The notes under the pieces: generated by a model
The model's database searches: none
What the model saw: only the letters and a program-made list of their open reading frames with translations
Told to the model about the DNA's origin: nothing
Origin: a virus
DNA length: 57,300 bases
Virus record (IMG/VR): IMGVR_UViG_3300030521_000001
Coordinates: 1 to 57,300 of that record
Strand: one strand, 5' to 3'
Position numbers and translations under genes: made by a program
Shown: piece by piece, positions 1 through 8,737 of the stretch
Layout of the letters: each line of letters begins with the position of its first letter
Position numbering within the stretch: the stretch's first letter is position 1

Positions 1-127
1 GCCGGCAACTCAAGGACTTTCGTAATCAACTGGTCGACGCTATTGATAAGTCGGCGTCGGGTTACAAGGAAGGCCTTGAAAAATACCGGGACAGCAAGGA
101 TATCGACAAGGCGTTCGAGTTCGGCCG
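1..127. repeat. Exact 127-bp terminal direct repeat (identical to 57174-57300). Overlap of a circular or circularly permuted assembly.
   Basis: Base-by-base comparison of both window ends (gccggcaactcaaggactttcgtaatc ... gcgttcgagttcggccg). The repeat lies inside an open reading frame. Confidence 0.95.
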
Positions 128-779
128 CAGCATCGGCAAGAACACTGACGACATCAAGACCGACCCTAGCTATTGGGACCACTGGGTGAACCACAAGGAC
201 CGTTCGCCGGAAGAACTGGCTGCGGCCAAGCTCGGCGCTCGCCAAGCGGTCGAGAGCAAGATGGGCAGCATCAAGTCGTCGGCGCTGGACCCGGCGCGCT
301 CCGGTACCGACATTCCGCAGATCGACTTCAACAAGCAGAAGTTTGAGCACCTGTTCGGCGAGGAAAACACCAAGCGGATGTTTACCCACCTGCAGGACGA
401 GCGCGACATCGCAGTCAGGAACTCTAGGGGCCTCAGCAATTCCACCACGGCGGAGGCCCAGGCCGCACAAGCACTGATCAAGCCACGTGAGATCGCCGCG
501 CCGCACTCCAATTTGCCGGGATGGGCGCTGGCCATGGGAGCCGGGGCGGGAGCCCTCACCAATCCGTCCGTGGGTGCGGCGGTCGGCGGGGGGCTATTGG
601 GGGCCAGGGCAGCTAAGGCCGGTTACGACTGGCTGGGGCGCCAGGCCGACGTATCCCGCAACACTTCACTGGCGCAAATCATCTCGCGCAACGATCCGGA
701 GACGGTGTCCAAACTCGCGGCGGCGATGGCCCGCCTTGGCCGCCGCAACAAACTTAGTAACCTGATCGCGCCGCCATAG
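3..779 (+). CDS. C-terminal part of the wrap-around internal-virion/ejection-type protein (continues the CDS starting at 56048).
   Basis: The frame is open from base 3 to TAG 777-779. When the 127-bp overlap is collapsed it is in phase with the stop-less ORF from ATG 56048 (joined length 634 aa). Gly/Ala-rich hydrophobic C-terminal region. Sits between ejection-type proteins and the tail fibre. Confidence 0.75.
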   Translation, partial: RQLKDFRNQLVDAIDKSASGYKEGLEKYRDSKDIDKAFEFGRSIGKNTDDIKTDPSYWDHWVNHKDRSPEELAAAKLGARQAVESKMGSIKSSALDPARSGTDIPQIDFNKQKFEHLFGEENTKRMFTHLQDERDIAVRNSRGLSNSTTAEAQAAQALIKPREIAAPHSNLPGWALAMGAGAGALTNPSVGAAVGGGLLGARAAKAGYDWLGRQADVSRNTSLAQIISRNDPETVSKLAAAMARLGRRNKLSNLIAPP

Positions 780-877
780 TGCGAAACGCATTCCGACGTA
801 GTCGGTAATGGGCTTGACGAAATAGACCAGAATGTGGCCGAGTAGTGGAACCGGTACGAACATAGTAGGATGAAACC

Positions 878-3800
878 ATGCTGAAGGCGCTTAAGTCCAT
901 CCTGTTCGGGGCGATGCTGGGGGTGATCATCCCTAGTCTGGCGTTTGGTCAGGCTACTCTGTTACCGGATGCCAATCAGCGGTATCTGAATGATACAGGC
1001 CAGCCGGTAGCCAATGGAACTGTGGGGTATTACATCCCGAACACGCTGACTAAGAAGACCATTTGGCAAGATTCGGGCAAAGTCACGGCGCAGACTAATC
1101 CGGTACTGCTAGACGCCGGAGGCAAGCCCCAGCCGGCAGGGCAGACTTACGGCGACGGGTCATACCGACAAATAGTCAAGGACTCCAACGGCGTTCAAAT
1201 TTGGGACTCCGTCACCACGTCTACAGGCAGCGGTAGTTCGAGCGGAGGGTCGGTGTTTTCGGCAGGGGTGCCAGTGGGCACTATCTTGCCATGGGCCAGT
1301 ACTGCACTACCGACCAACTACTTGTATACGGCAGGTCAAGCGGTGTCTAGAACCACCTATGCCCAGCTTCTTACGGCGGTCACTTATCAACAAACGATAC
1401 TGTGTCAGAATGGAGTGGCTACCGTATCAGTGACTACTACGGTGAGCGACGGCACTCCTATCGGTGCGCCCATCGAAGCGTCGTGTTTTGCCCCTGGGAC
1501 TATTGTAAGTTCCAAGGCTTCCGGCATCCTGACGCTTAGCACTAATGCCACCAGCAGTGTTTCCACTGGCATTACCGTGTTCCCGTGGGGTAACGGGGAC
1601 GGTTCCAGTACTTTTAACGTACCTGATATACGGGGCCGCGTCCTGGCGGGGCGTGACAACATGAACGGGTCCATCGCCGGGGTGTTGAGCAGCACTTATT
1701 ATTTGACGCCTGGAGGTGTCGGGGTGAACCCTGACGCACTAAACGCTGTAGGCGGCAGTCAGTCCTGGGTAACTACTCTAGCGCAACTACCGACTGGGAT
1801 CAATTCGTCCGGCAGCAACAATCTGACGGTTACGTCTACGGTCAACGGCATTCCGACTAACGCTATACCGACCGCTTCCTTGCCCACTAGCGGAAGTGCC
1901 ACCGGCATTTTAGGCCCAAGTTCCGGTGGGTCACCAGTGGTGGTGGGGGCTGTTACTTCTACCAATACTCAAATAATTAACGTGGCTTCCACCAATACGT
2001 CGGGTTCCCCTCACCCTTCTGTGCAACCAACATTGACCGCCGACCACATCATCAAGGCTCTACCTGACACGGGAGGTTCAGGCTTGACCGGCGTCACTGA
2101 CGGCGTGTTGTACAACAATGCGGGGTCCCCGGGGGTCACGGCGGCTGGTCTAGACGGGCAATTGTTCCTGGGGGTCACGGGTTCGCCGCCACAGATGGCG
2201 ACCATGTCGCAGGATTGCGTCATCACCAATGCCGGAGCGATCACGTGCACCAAGACCAACAACGTAGCTTTCGCGCCTAGCGCTACTACGGACGCCACCA
2301 ACGCTAACAATATCACATCTGGGGTTTTGACTCCAGCAAGGCTGCCCCTGGCTACTAACGCCGCAAAAGGTGCGATGGAGGGGGACACTACTACTATCAC
2401 CTGCGTAGCGGGTGTGTGTACTGCCATAGGGGCGGTGGCGTCGTCGATCGGCGTAGGCACCACCACCGTGTCTACTGCCACTTCGGGCTATTGTCTGACC
2501 GTGGGGGCCACTCTCAGTAATGCCCCTTGTGGCGTTTCCACCCCCCAAGGGCGGCTTACGCTGGCCTCGGGCCAGGCCGAAATGGTCGCCGATGCAGTCG
2601 GTGTTCAAAATCTGTGGTACGCCCCCGACGTAGGGGGCAGCCTTAACTATTTCAACGGCACCAGTGTGGCAGTCTGCAGTTTCACCAGTTCCGCTACCGA
2701 TCAGGTCGGCCTGTTGCTCGCGCTCGGCGGCTCGGCGAATTGGGCAGCCGATAGTATTCATGACGTGTTTGCCTATTGGACAGGTTCAGCCTGCGCACTG
2801 GCGACCCGAGCGTGGGACGCCTCGATGCTGCCCTCGGCGCCCGCGCTGATTACACCGATCGCGACGGCGGTAGTGACCGGCACTACGCCGACAGCGTGGA
2901 CCCGGCCAAATGCAGCGTTTGACGGCACTACGGTTAAGGTCGGCACGTCGTCGGCGACCATTCCGTCCGGTTCGGTCAATGCCAACGCCGCTAACTGTCT
3001 GGGTCAAGACTACGGCGTCGGCAATACCAACACCGTCACACAGCTAGTCGTCACCGCCCCCACGGATCATTTCATCTATGGTAATTTCGGGTTCATTGAT
3101 TTTCAGACATCGGTCTCCTCTGACGGCACGAACTGGTTCCTGACCAACGTAAACTGGATCAACGACACCGCCTTCGGCAATTCCTACACACTACCGTTGA
3201 ACACGACGGGGGTGGGTCCGTGGCGGTTCATCCGCACTTGTTTTGACGGCATGGGGGACACCACCCGGAGCCTGTTCATCGCGCAGATTCAATATTACAA
3301 TGTCACCGCAGCATCTACGCGGCGCTTGGTACGCTACACGGGCGTAGGGCTGGTCAACGACGCAACGATGGGAACTGCCCGGATTAGTTCGTCCTCTACG
3401 ACCAGCATACCACAGTATCAAGGGACCTACCTAGGTTCGATTCACATCGATACCGCGAGTACTGGTCAGATCACTTGCCATGTTCAGTCGTTCGGCGCGT
3501 CGCGAACTTGCGGCATCTGGAACGCGTACCCAAGCACGCAACGATGGATTACGCTGCAGGCGGGTATCTACGATACGGCGAAAAACTACACGGTGACGTC
3601 ACCAGGGTGGGCGGCATGTGAGGGGTCCAGTACTTTTGGTCTACAAGTGTTTACTGGGATGGCGGTCGAGCCGGTCGACGTGTCGGCGCTCCGCAACGTG
3701 GTGCTGAACAGCATAGGCGGCGCGGCGTCCTACGAGTACGGTCTTGGGGTCAACATTGGGTCCAGCACAGCCGTAACTAATTCGTTTTCAGGCACGCAAA

Positions 3801-3991
3801 TCAGCACCAATTTTGATAACACAGGAAGCGTCCATGGTTTGACGGAACGCGCCGAGGTGACGCTACCGGCGTTCGCTGGGTTGCAGTCCGTGACCTGTAT
3901 CGAGCGCAACAATAATGGCTCGAACGGCAGTGTCGTGACCATCACCAACGGCGTGCGCGCGGCCAACCTAAAGGTGCGATACAGGTACTGA
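878..3991 (+). CDS. Tail fibre protein (tail-collar domain, C-terminal discoidin-like carbohydrate-binding region).
   Basis: 1037-aa ORF with AGGA 7 nt upstream of the ATG. Collar-domain signature GTILPW..LPTNYLYTAGQAVSRTTYAQL..GDGSSTFNVPDIRGRVLAGRDN. Fibre N-terminal motif LPDANQRYLNDTGQPVANGTVGYY..TIWQD. Discoidin-like AAFDGTT...FQTSVSSDGTNW. The first 24 aa resemble a Sec signal peptide. Confidence 0.85.
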   Translation: MLKALKSILFGAMLGVIIPSLAFGQATLLPDANQRYLNDTGQPVANGTVGYYIPNTLTKKTIWQDSGKVTAQTNPVLLDAGGKPQPAGQTYGDGSYRQIVKDSNGVQIWDSVTTSTGSGSSSGGSVFSAGVPVGTILPWASTALPTNYLYTAGQAVSRTTYAQLLTAVTYQQTILCQNGVATVSVTTTVSDGTPIGAPIEASCFAPGTIVSSKASGILTLSTNATSSVSTGITVFPWGNGDGSSTFNVPDIRGRVLAGRDNMNGSIAGVLSSTYYLTPGGVGVNPDALNAVGGSQSWVTTLAQLPTGINSSGSNNLTVTSTVNGIPTNAIPTASLPTSGSATGILGPSSGGSPVVVGAVTSTNTQIINVASTNTSGSPHPSVQPTLTADHIIKALPDTGGSGLTGVTDGVLYNNAGSPGVTAAGLDGQLFLGVTGSPPQMATMSQDCVITNAGAITCTKTNNVAFAPSATTDATNANNITSGVLTPARLPLATNAAKGAMEGDTTTITCVAGVCTAIGAVASSIGVGTTTVSTATSGYCLTVGATLSNAPCGVSTPQGRLTLASGQAEMVADAVGVQNLWYAPDVGGSLNYFNGTSVAVCSFTSSATDQVGLLLALGGSANWAADSIHDVFAYWTGSACALATRAWDASMLPSAPALITPIATAVVTGTTPTAWTRPNAAFDGTTVKVGTSSATIPSGSVNANAANCLGQDYGVGNTNTVTQLVVTAPTDHFIYGNFGFIDFQTSVSSDGTNWFLTNVNWINDTAFGNSYTLPLNTTGVGPWRFIRTCFDGMGDTTRSLFIAQIQYYNVTAASTRRLVRYTGVGLVNDATMGTARISSSSTTSIPQYQGTYLGSIHIDTASTGQITCHVQSFGASRTCGIWNAYPSTQRWITLQAGIYDTAKNYTVTSPGWAACEGSSTFGLQVFTGMAVEPVDVSALRNVVLNSIGGAASYEYGLGVNIGSSTAVTNSFSGTQISTNFDNTGSVHGLTERAEVTLPAFAGLQSVTCIERNNNGSNGSVVTITNGVRAANLKVRYRY

Positions 3992-4022
3992 GTGCGTAAC
4001 AATCCATATGGAGACGACAAAA

Positions 4023-4379
4023 ATGAACATCAAGCTAATTCTGAACATCCTTTCCAGCATCAACGGCGGCCTGATCACGGGGGCGGCGCTGTTCAACCCG
4101 CTGGTCGGACAATCAAACTCCCTCATGATCATTTCCGTTCTCGGCATCTGCCAGATCGTCGTGAGCGCCGTCAATTCAAATCTTTCCACTCAGTTCAACA
4201 CTATTGCCGGGGTAGCGGCTATTCAAGGCAACGACGGCAGACCTGCCGTCAGGGTTAATGTCAACGCCAACGCTGCGCCGGACTTAGCAGCAATGGCTGT
4301 GGACCCGAAATTGCCGAATGTCGGCGCCGCGTCTCCGGACGTTCGCTCGACGCTACAAGCCGTCGCGAAGGGGGCCTGA
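4023..4379 (+). CDS. Small membrane protein, holin candidate (alternative start 4008).
   Basis: GGAG 9 nt upstream of ATG 4023. Hydrophobic N-terminal half (NIKLILNILSSINGGLITGAALF..LMIISVLGICQIVVSAV). First gene after the tail fibre, in the lysis-cassette position. Confidence 0.5.
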   Translation: MNIKLILNILSSINGGLITGAALFNPLVGQSNSLMIISVLGICQIVVSAVNSNLSTQFNTIAGVAAIQGNDGRPAVRVNVNANAAPDLAAMAVDPKLPNVGAASPDVRSTLQAVAKGA

Positions 4380-4380
4380 C

Positions 4381-5019
4381 ATGAAGTGGGCCATTCGCCT
4401 TCTGAAAGTCGCCTTCCTGGTGTCTCTGTTTCCGGTCGCTCCTGCGGGAGCACAGACGAAGAAGCCAGTTTTTACCGGCGATCCCGTCGCCGACACCAGA
4501 CGAGCCTTTGACCAGACCAAGGAAGCCGTGACGGGCAAACCGGCTGATCCTACTGCTCCCGTGGCGTGTGGGTTCAAGATGTTCGTGCATCTGACACCAG
4601 ACAACCTGGAACAGACCGTCAAGAACTGCGTGGCCACGGCCAATGGCAAGCTCATCACCGACGTCAAAGGGGCGCTGGATTCGGCCGTCGCGTTCAACAA
4701 CAACGCGGGGGACAAGGACGGCATGGCGTGCCTGCAGCCGGCCTACGCCATTGTCCAGGCTGCGGCGTTCACGCCTTACGTTCCGGCCGTGCCTGCCGTC
4801 ATGAACCCGGACGGTACGGTCAAGACCCCGGAAGTGCCAGCCGTGGAATCCAAGGAACCGGGACTCGTCACGCTATTTCAGAAGTATCGCGAGTTTACGC
4901 TGTCAGGCGGTCTGACCGCGTGCCAAAACTGGATCAATCAGCCGACCCAACTTACCGCTGCAGCCGGCGTCGCCGGGATTGCCACGATAGCTGGCGCCGC
5001 ACTACTAATACCGAAATGA
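4381..5019 (+). CDS. Secreted or membrane-anchored protein of unknown function.
   Basis: Internal ATG of ORF 4318-5019, one base after the stop of the previous gene. Signal-peptide-like MKWAIRLLKVAFLVSLFPVAPAGA-QT. C-terminal hydrophobic tail AAAGVAGIATIAGAALLIPK. Confidence 0.6.
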   Translation: MKWAIRLLKVAFLVSLFPVAPAGAQTKKPVFTGDPVADTRRAFDQTKEAVTGKPADPTAPVACGFKMFVHLTPDNLEQTVKNCVATANGKLITDVKGALDSAVAFNNNAGDKDGMACLQPAYAIVQAAAFTPYVPAVPAVMNPDGTVKTPEVPAVESKEPGLVTLFQKYREFTLSGGLTACQNWINQPTQLTAAAGVAGIATIAGAALLIPK

Positions 5020-5177
5020 CATTGATAATCGCATGGCTCGACGTTCATGCCTATGCCGTCATGGCGCTATCCAGTTTTGGCGGGTTCGTCGCAGCCATGG
5101 GGTCATGGGTCTGTACGGTCTGGAGCGACCGCAGGACACAAATACGTTTTGACGAAATGGAGGACGAGATTAAATGA
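5016..5177 (+). CDS. Small single-pass membrane protein (53 aa).
   Basis: The ATG overlaps the upstream TGA (ATGA) and its stop overlaps the next ATG (ATGA). Hydrophobic MTLIIAWLDVHAYAVMALSSFGGFVAAMGSWVCTVW. Below the ORF-track size cut-off in its own right; it is the tail of ORF 4566-5177. Confidence 0.5.
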   Translation: MTLIIAWLDVHAYAVMALSSFGGFVAAMGSWVCTVWSDRRTQIRFDEMEDEIK

Positions 5178-5683
5178 CCTCGGTAGTACGCCTTCGGTTC
5201 GTCAGACACAAGGGGTTCGCCTGTAACGCTATTGTGTGGCGCTCGGGGATGGTAGGAATGCCTTTCATCCCAACCCATGCGGAATGTGTAACGCCCGAAT
5301 TGACCTGCATTGGGCAGTTCGGGCACGGCGGAATGCAAGAGCGGCCGGTGGGGTATGATGCGAAAGAAATATATATCGATCGCCGGTCGAACTATGGTCC
5401 TTGCGCCGTCATGGTCGACCTGCCCGTAACGCAGGCTCAGGCGGACCAGTTCTACGCTTCGGCGCGCAAGGCCATCGGCGAACCCTATGACTGGTCGGCG
5501 CCGTGGGGGTTCCTATTCCCGGGACACCACCACAAGAAATACCACTCGATGTGCTCGATGAAGATGTTCCTGATCCTGCGTGAAATCGCATTTTTCCGCT
5601 GGCCGATTACAGTTCCAGCGCACCTGGTCGACCCCCGGGACCTCATGATGATTCTGTCTACTCACGTGGAAATACCGCATTAG
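5174..5683 (+). CDS. Permuted papain-fold (NlpC/P60- or YiiX-like) peptidase; endolysin candidate.
   Basis: 169 aa. His-first, Cys-later arrangement: PTHAECV ... AIGEPYDWSAPWG ... YHSMCSMKMFLILREI. Embedded among membrane-protein genes. Confidence 0.5.
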   Translation: MTSVVRLRFVRHKGFACNAIVWRSGMVGMPFIPTHAECVTPELTCIGQFGHGGMQERPVGYDAKEIYIDRRSNYGPCAVMVDLPVTQAQADQFYASARKAIGEPYDWSAPWGFLFPGHHHKKYHSMCSMKMFLILREIAFFRWPITVPAHLVDPRDLMMILSTHVEIPH

Positions 5684-5745
5684 GAGGGTAGTAGTGGAAC
5701 CGCTGGCCGTCCCGAACGTTATCTCGATAGCCCACAGGGGCTGAA

Positions 5746-6045
5746 ATGGATGATTTTGTATTTTTAGGTTTCATTAATGCCCAGATCACGGCCTGTGGGT
5801 TCCTGGGCGGCATGGTCCGTGCATTCCGAGACGAGGACGCTACACCATGGCAGATCGTCAAGTTAATCATAACTGGAGGGGTAGCGGCGAACTTCATTGC
5901 GCCGCAAGTGCTGGGGGTTCTGGTGTTTCTACACGTATCGCTGGTATACTTTGTGGCCTTCGGTATCGGCCTGAGTGGAAAATTACTGTGTTACGTGATG
6001 GAACTGGCCTTCAACGGACTATTTGGGAAAACGGAAAATGAGTAA
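5746..6045 (+). CDS. Multi-pass small membrane protein, holin-like.
   Basis: 99 aa with three hydrophobic segments (FVFLGFINAQITACGFLGGMV; LIITGGVAANFIAPQVLGVLVFL; VYFVAFGIGLSGKLLCYV). Confidence 0.5.
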   Translation: MDDFVFLGFINAQITACGFLGGMVRAFRDEDATPWQIVKLIITGGVAANFIAPQVLGVLVFLHVSLVYFVAFGIGLSGKLLCYVMELAFNGLFGKTENE

Positions 6046-6442
6046 CCTAGCCATCTTCGCCGTGACCATGTTCAACCTGGCAGCGTTCGCGGTCGTGGTC
6101 CTGCTGATGTTCGTCATCACGCAGGCCACCAAGGACCTACACTTAAGGAGGCACGATTCCACAGCCGTCAAGTCTTCGCGCAAGAACTCGTTTTACTCGG
6201 CGGCCGGGTATCTGGTCCTAAGCATAATCTTTCAAAATTACTGGCTGATCCACCCGTCCATCGTGGCCACGGGGTTTGTAGTGACTGGGTTCATCGCGGG
6301 GGCCGGGTGGATATTAGCAGTCAGTTCGGTGTCGATGAAGTCGCGCGACCCGACGCAGGGCCGCGCTTCATATAGCCATGTCCTGTTTGGCGTGTACATG
6401 GAGCCGTTACGACGGTTCGTTTCAATCTTGCGCGGACGCTAG
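6038..6442 (+). CDS. Membrane protein (alternative start 6023).
   Basis: ATG 6038 overlaps the end of the previous gene. Several hydrophobic helices (LAIFAVTMFNLAAFAVVVLLMFVI; YLVLSIIFQNYWLI; GFVVTGFIAGAGWILAV). Last gene of the plus-strand block. Confidence 0.55.
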   Translation: MSNLAIFAVTMFNLAAFAVVVLLMFVITQATKDLHLRRHDSTAVKSSRKNSFYSAAGYLVLSIIFQNYWLIHPSIVATGFVVTGFIAGAGWILAVSSVSMKSRDPTQGRASYSHVLFGVYMEPLRRFVSILRGR

Positions 6443-6633
6443 CGCCGGTTCAGTTCCCGCAGCATGTCCATGTATCCCCAACTGGGGTTGTTGAGGAATG
6501 CCGGCGCCGGTTCGATCTCCGTCATAAACCTGACTTCGTCGAGATATTGACCGGCGAGTCGCCCGACCTGTAGGCCGGGCAACTCGGGCGGAAGGTCCCC
6601 CATGAAGGGGGACGGGGGCAACGGAGTGGTCAT
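6439..6633 (-). CDS. Hypothetical protein (64 aa), last gene of the minus-strand block.
   Basis: The ATG directly abuts the TAA of the upstream helicase gene. Its stop overlaps the stop of the convergent gene in a CTAG tetranucleotide. Confidence 0.5.
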   Translation of the reverse strand: MTTPLPPSPFMGDLPPELPGLQVGRLAGQYLDEVRFMTEIEPAPAFLNNPSWGYMDMLRELNRR

Positions 6634-8175
6634 TTACTTGCGCTCCATATTGACCAGTACCAGTTCGCTCTTGGCGCGGGTGTACGCCACGTACTGCAGG
6701 TTGCGCTCCTGCTCAAGCTGCCAGTCTTGACGGGCATATGACGACGGCATGTAGAGATTCTCACCCATCAGGAACACGCGCTGCCACTCGCGGCCCTTGG
6801 ACTTGTGGACGGTCGACAGCGTCAGCGTCTTGCGCCGCTCGCCGTCCGCGTCCTGGAACATGTCGGTGATCTTGTCCTTGAGTTCGTCGACGGTCTTGAC
6901 GGCGTCGGCGATGACCAGCACGGTGTCGACCCGGTCCTGAATAGCCTGCGCCTGGGTCTCCCGGCCTTTCGCGTTGAGTTTCTGCACCTGTTGCTCACAG
7001 TAGGCCGTCATGCGGTCGCGCAGCGCCGGAAGGCTCTTGGCGGACGAGAAACGGTCTATCAGCTTGATCAGGCCGGCGCCGATGTCGCGACCCTCGACGT
7101 GGCACGGAATGCCGCGCTTGATTAGCTGAAATGCAGTTTCGACCAGGGGCTTGGTGTTGCGGCAAAGGATGGCGTCGTTAATCTGGTCGAACGCCTCTTC
7201 AGTCTGTCCGGCCATACGGTAACCATCGATACGCTGCCAGAACACTTGCTCGTCAGTATTTACCACGGTCCCTTCCGGCGCCGTCTCGTGCGCCTCGATG
7301 TGGCTCACGACTTCCCGCGCCTTGGCGACGACGGCCTGGGGGCAACGGAACGTTACGGTCATCGGGAGTTCGACGCAGTTGAACTGCTTGATGGTCTGCC
7401 CGATGCTGTCGTTATCGGCCCCGGTGAAGCCGTAGATCGCCTGATGACGGTCACCGATGAAGAAGGCGCGGCCGTTGGACTTAAGCATCTTGCGGGCCAG
7501 CGCGCGACGGGCTGGATTGGCATCCTGCCACTCGTCGCCGATCACCCAATCATTGCCGAACATTCGCACCCCGGTCACCACCGGCAGCCAGATCATGTCG
7601 TCGAAGTCGATGATTTCAGAACCCATGTCCTTGTGCCATTGCAGGCCCTTGACGGTGTATTCGACGCCGGCTTTGATCAGGCCCTCGTCCTCGATCTCGT
7701 AGGCAAGGTCGAAATGATCAATAATGTCGTAGTATAACTTTTCGTCAGTCATCGCGCCGTGTAGTCCTACCGCGCGCTGCTTGGCCAGCGAGATCAGCTT
7801 GGACGTGAATGTCTGCAACGACTTGGGAACCTGAAGCGCGACGTGCATCATGTCGGACTTCTCGCGGGCGGCCTCGGGGCCGGCCTTGACGTTCTTGTAG
7901 GCGTAGCGCCAGGCGCCGAACCCGAACGAGTGGCAGGTGCCGAACCGAACTCGGTTGCCGAAGTTCAGCTTAAGTTCCCGCGCCTTGGTCTCGAACTCAA
8001 GGGCTGCCGACTTGTTGTAGGCCATCACGGCGACGGAACCTTCGGTCTCGGCAATCATGAACATCGCGGTAGTGGTCTTGCCGGCGCCGGCCACTGCCTC
8101 GCCGAAGCCCGAGCCCCGGTGGGTGTGGGGGAAATTGCGGACGACTTCCTGCTGGGGGGAAAGGGTCTTAGTCAT
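6634..8175 (-). CDS. UvrD/Rep/PcrA-family (SF1) DNA helicase.
   Basis: 513 aa. Walker A GEAVAGAGKTTTAM; motif II IGDEWQDANP; motif III FIGDRHQAIYGFTGAD; motif VI LSTVHKSKGREWQRVFL. Preceded by a promoter and the CATATAGGAG leader. Confidence 0.85.
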   Translation of the reverse strand: MTKTLSPQQEVVRNFPHTHRGSGFGEAVAGAGKTTTAMFMIAETEGSVAVMAYNKSAALEFETKARELKLNFGNRVRFGTCHSFGFGAWRYAYKNVKAGPEAAREKSDMMHVALQVPKSLQTFTSKLISLAKQRAVGLHGAMTDEKLYYDIIDHFDLAYEIEDEGLIKAGVEYTVKGLQWHKDMGSEIIDFDDMIWLPVVTGVRMFGNDWVIGDEWQDANPARRALARKMLKSNGRAFFIGDRHQAIYGFTGADNDSIGQTIKQFNCVELPMTVTFRCPQAVVAKAREVVSHIEAHETAPEGTVVNTDEQVFWQRIDGYRMAGQTEEAFDQINDAILCRNTKPLVETAFQLIKRGIPCHVEGRDIGAGLIKLIDRFSSAKSLPALRDRMTAYCEQQVQKLNAKGRETQAQAIQDRVDTVLVIADAVKTVDELKDKITDMFQDADGERRKTLTLSTVHKSKGREWQRVFLMGENLYMPSSYARQDWQLEQERNLQYVAYTRAKSELVLVNMERK

Positions 8176-8211
8176 GTCGTGCTCCTATATGCCCTGTATC
8201 GGGCAAGTTCC

Positions 8212-8240
8212 ACCCTAGCACACCGGGGAAGGCGTGTCAA
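8212..8240 (-). promoter_or_regulatory. Sigma70-type extended -10 promoter, TTGACA-N17(..GTGC)-TAGGGT.
   Basis: Minus-strand reading ACTTGACACGCCTTCCCCGGTGTGCTAGGGT. Same architecture as four other sites. The -35 element contains the TGA stop of the upstream gene. Confidence 0.6.
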
Positions 8241-8737
8241 GTAATATCGTGCCATTTGATAACGTCCCGGCAAAAGGCTAAGAGTTGGGCGTCCGTCCCT
8301 GAGTTCCTAGCACTGTTGGCTTGCCAAGTCACCAATCGTATATTTCGGATCGTGTAACCTTTACGTTGGTTCTTACGGTCTATCGACAATGAGTCCAAGG
8401 AATGTTTACCCTTTAGACACAATTGGCGGCCAGTCAGAACGCACAGGCCGTTTTGCCTGTAGTACAACGCCTCTAATTGTTCGAAAGTTAGATTGCACGG
8501 CGTGACCCCCGCAGTGCGCGTCCTTAACCGGTGTAGCTTAGCTTTTAAGTATCCGCGCAGTGTGTTCTTCCATGCTCGTTGCAAGTCCCGCATCCGGTTA
8601 GGGTTGTTAGTTCGCCATTCTTTGCCCCGTGCGTTAGCCCGTTTCTTGTTTGCCGCGTAGTACCGGTTATTGCGATCGTTGATCGCCGCCTTGTTGGTGA
8701 CGTAATACTTGTGTTGCTTATCCGATAGCTTAGACAC
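8237..8737 (-). CDS. HNH-like endonuclease or Zn-ribbon DNA-binding protein, free-standing between two helicase genes.
   Basis: 166 aa, very basic N-terminus with repeated KYY/RYY..N motifs. C-terminal GLCVLTGRQL...SLSIDRKNQRKGYTIRNIRLVTWQANSARN resembles degenerate HNH/endonuclease VII motifs. Confidence 0.4.
   Translation of the reverse strand: MSKLSDKQHKYYVTNKAAINDRNNRYYAANKKRANARGKEWRTNNPNRMRDLQRAWKNTLRGYLKAKLHRLRTRTAGVTPCNLTFEQLEALYYRQNGLCVLTGRQLCLKGKHSLDSLSIDRKNQRKGYTIRNIRLVTWQANSARNSGTDAQLLAFCRDVIKWHDIT

Noticed and set aside
1-127. The 127-bp end repeat as a genuine direct terminal repeat of the virion DNA.
   Set aside because: It lies in the middle of an ORF that is in phase across the junction, and its length equals a common assembler k-mer. 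An assembly overlap of a circular or permuted genome is more likely. This cannot be excluded without reads.
780-877. TTGACG at about 817 as a late promoter for the tail-fibre gene.
   Set aside because: No acceptable -10 or GTGC-TAnnnT element lies at 16-19 nt spacing. Only the ACATAGTAGGA leader is convincing.
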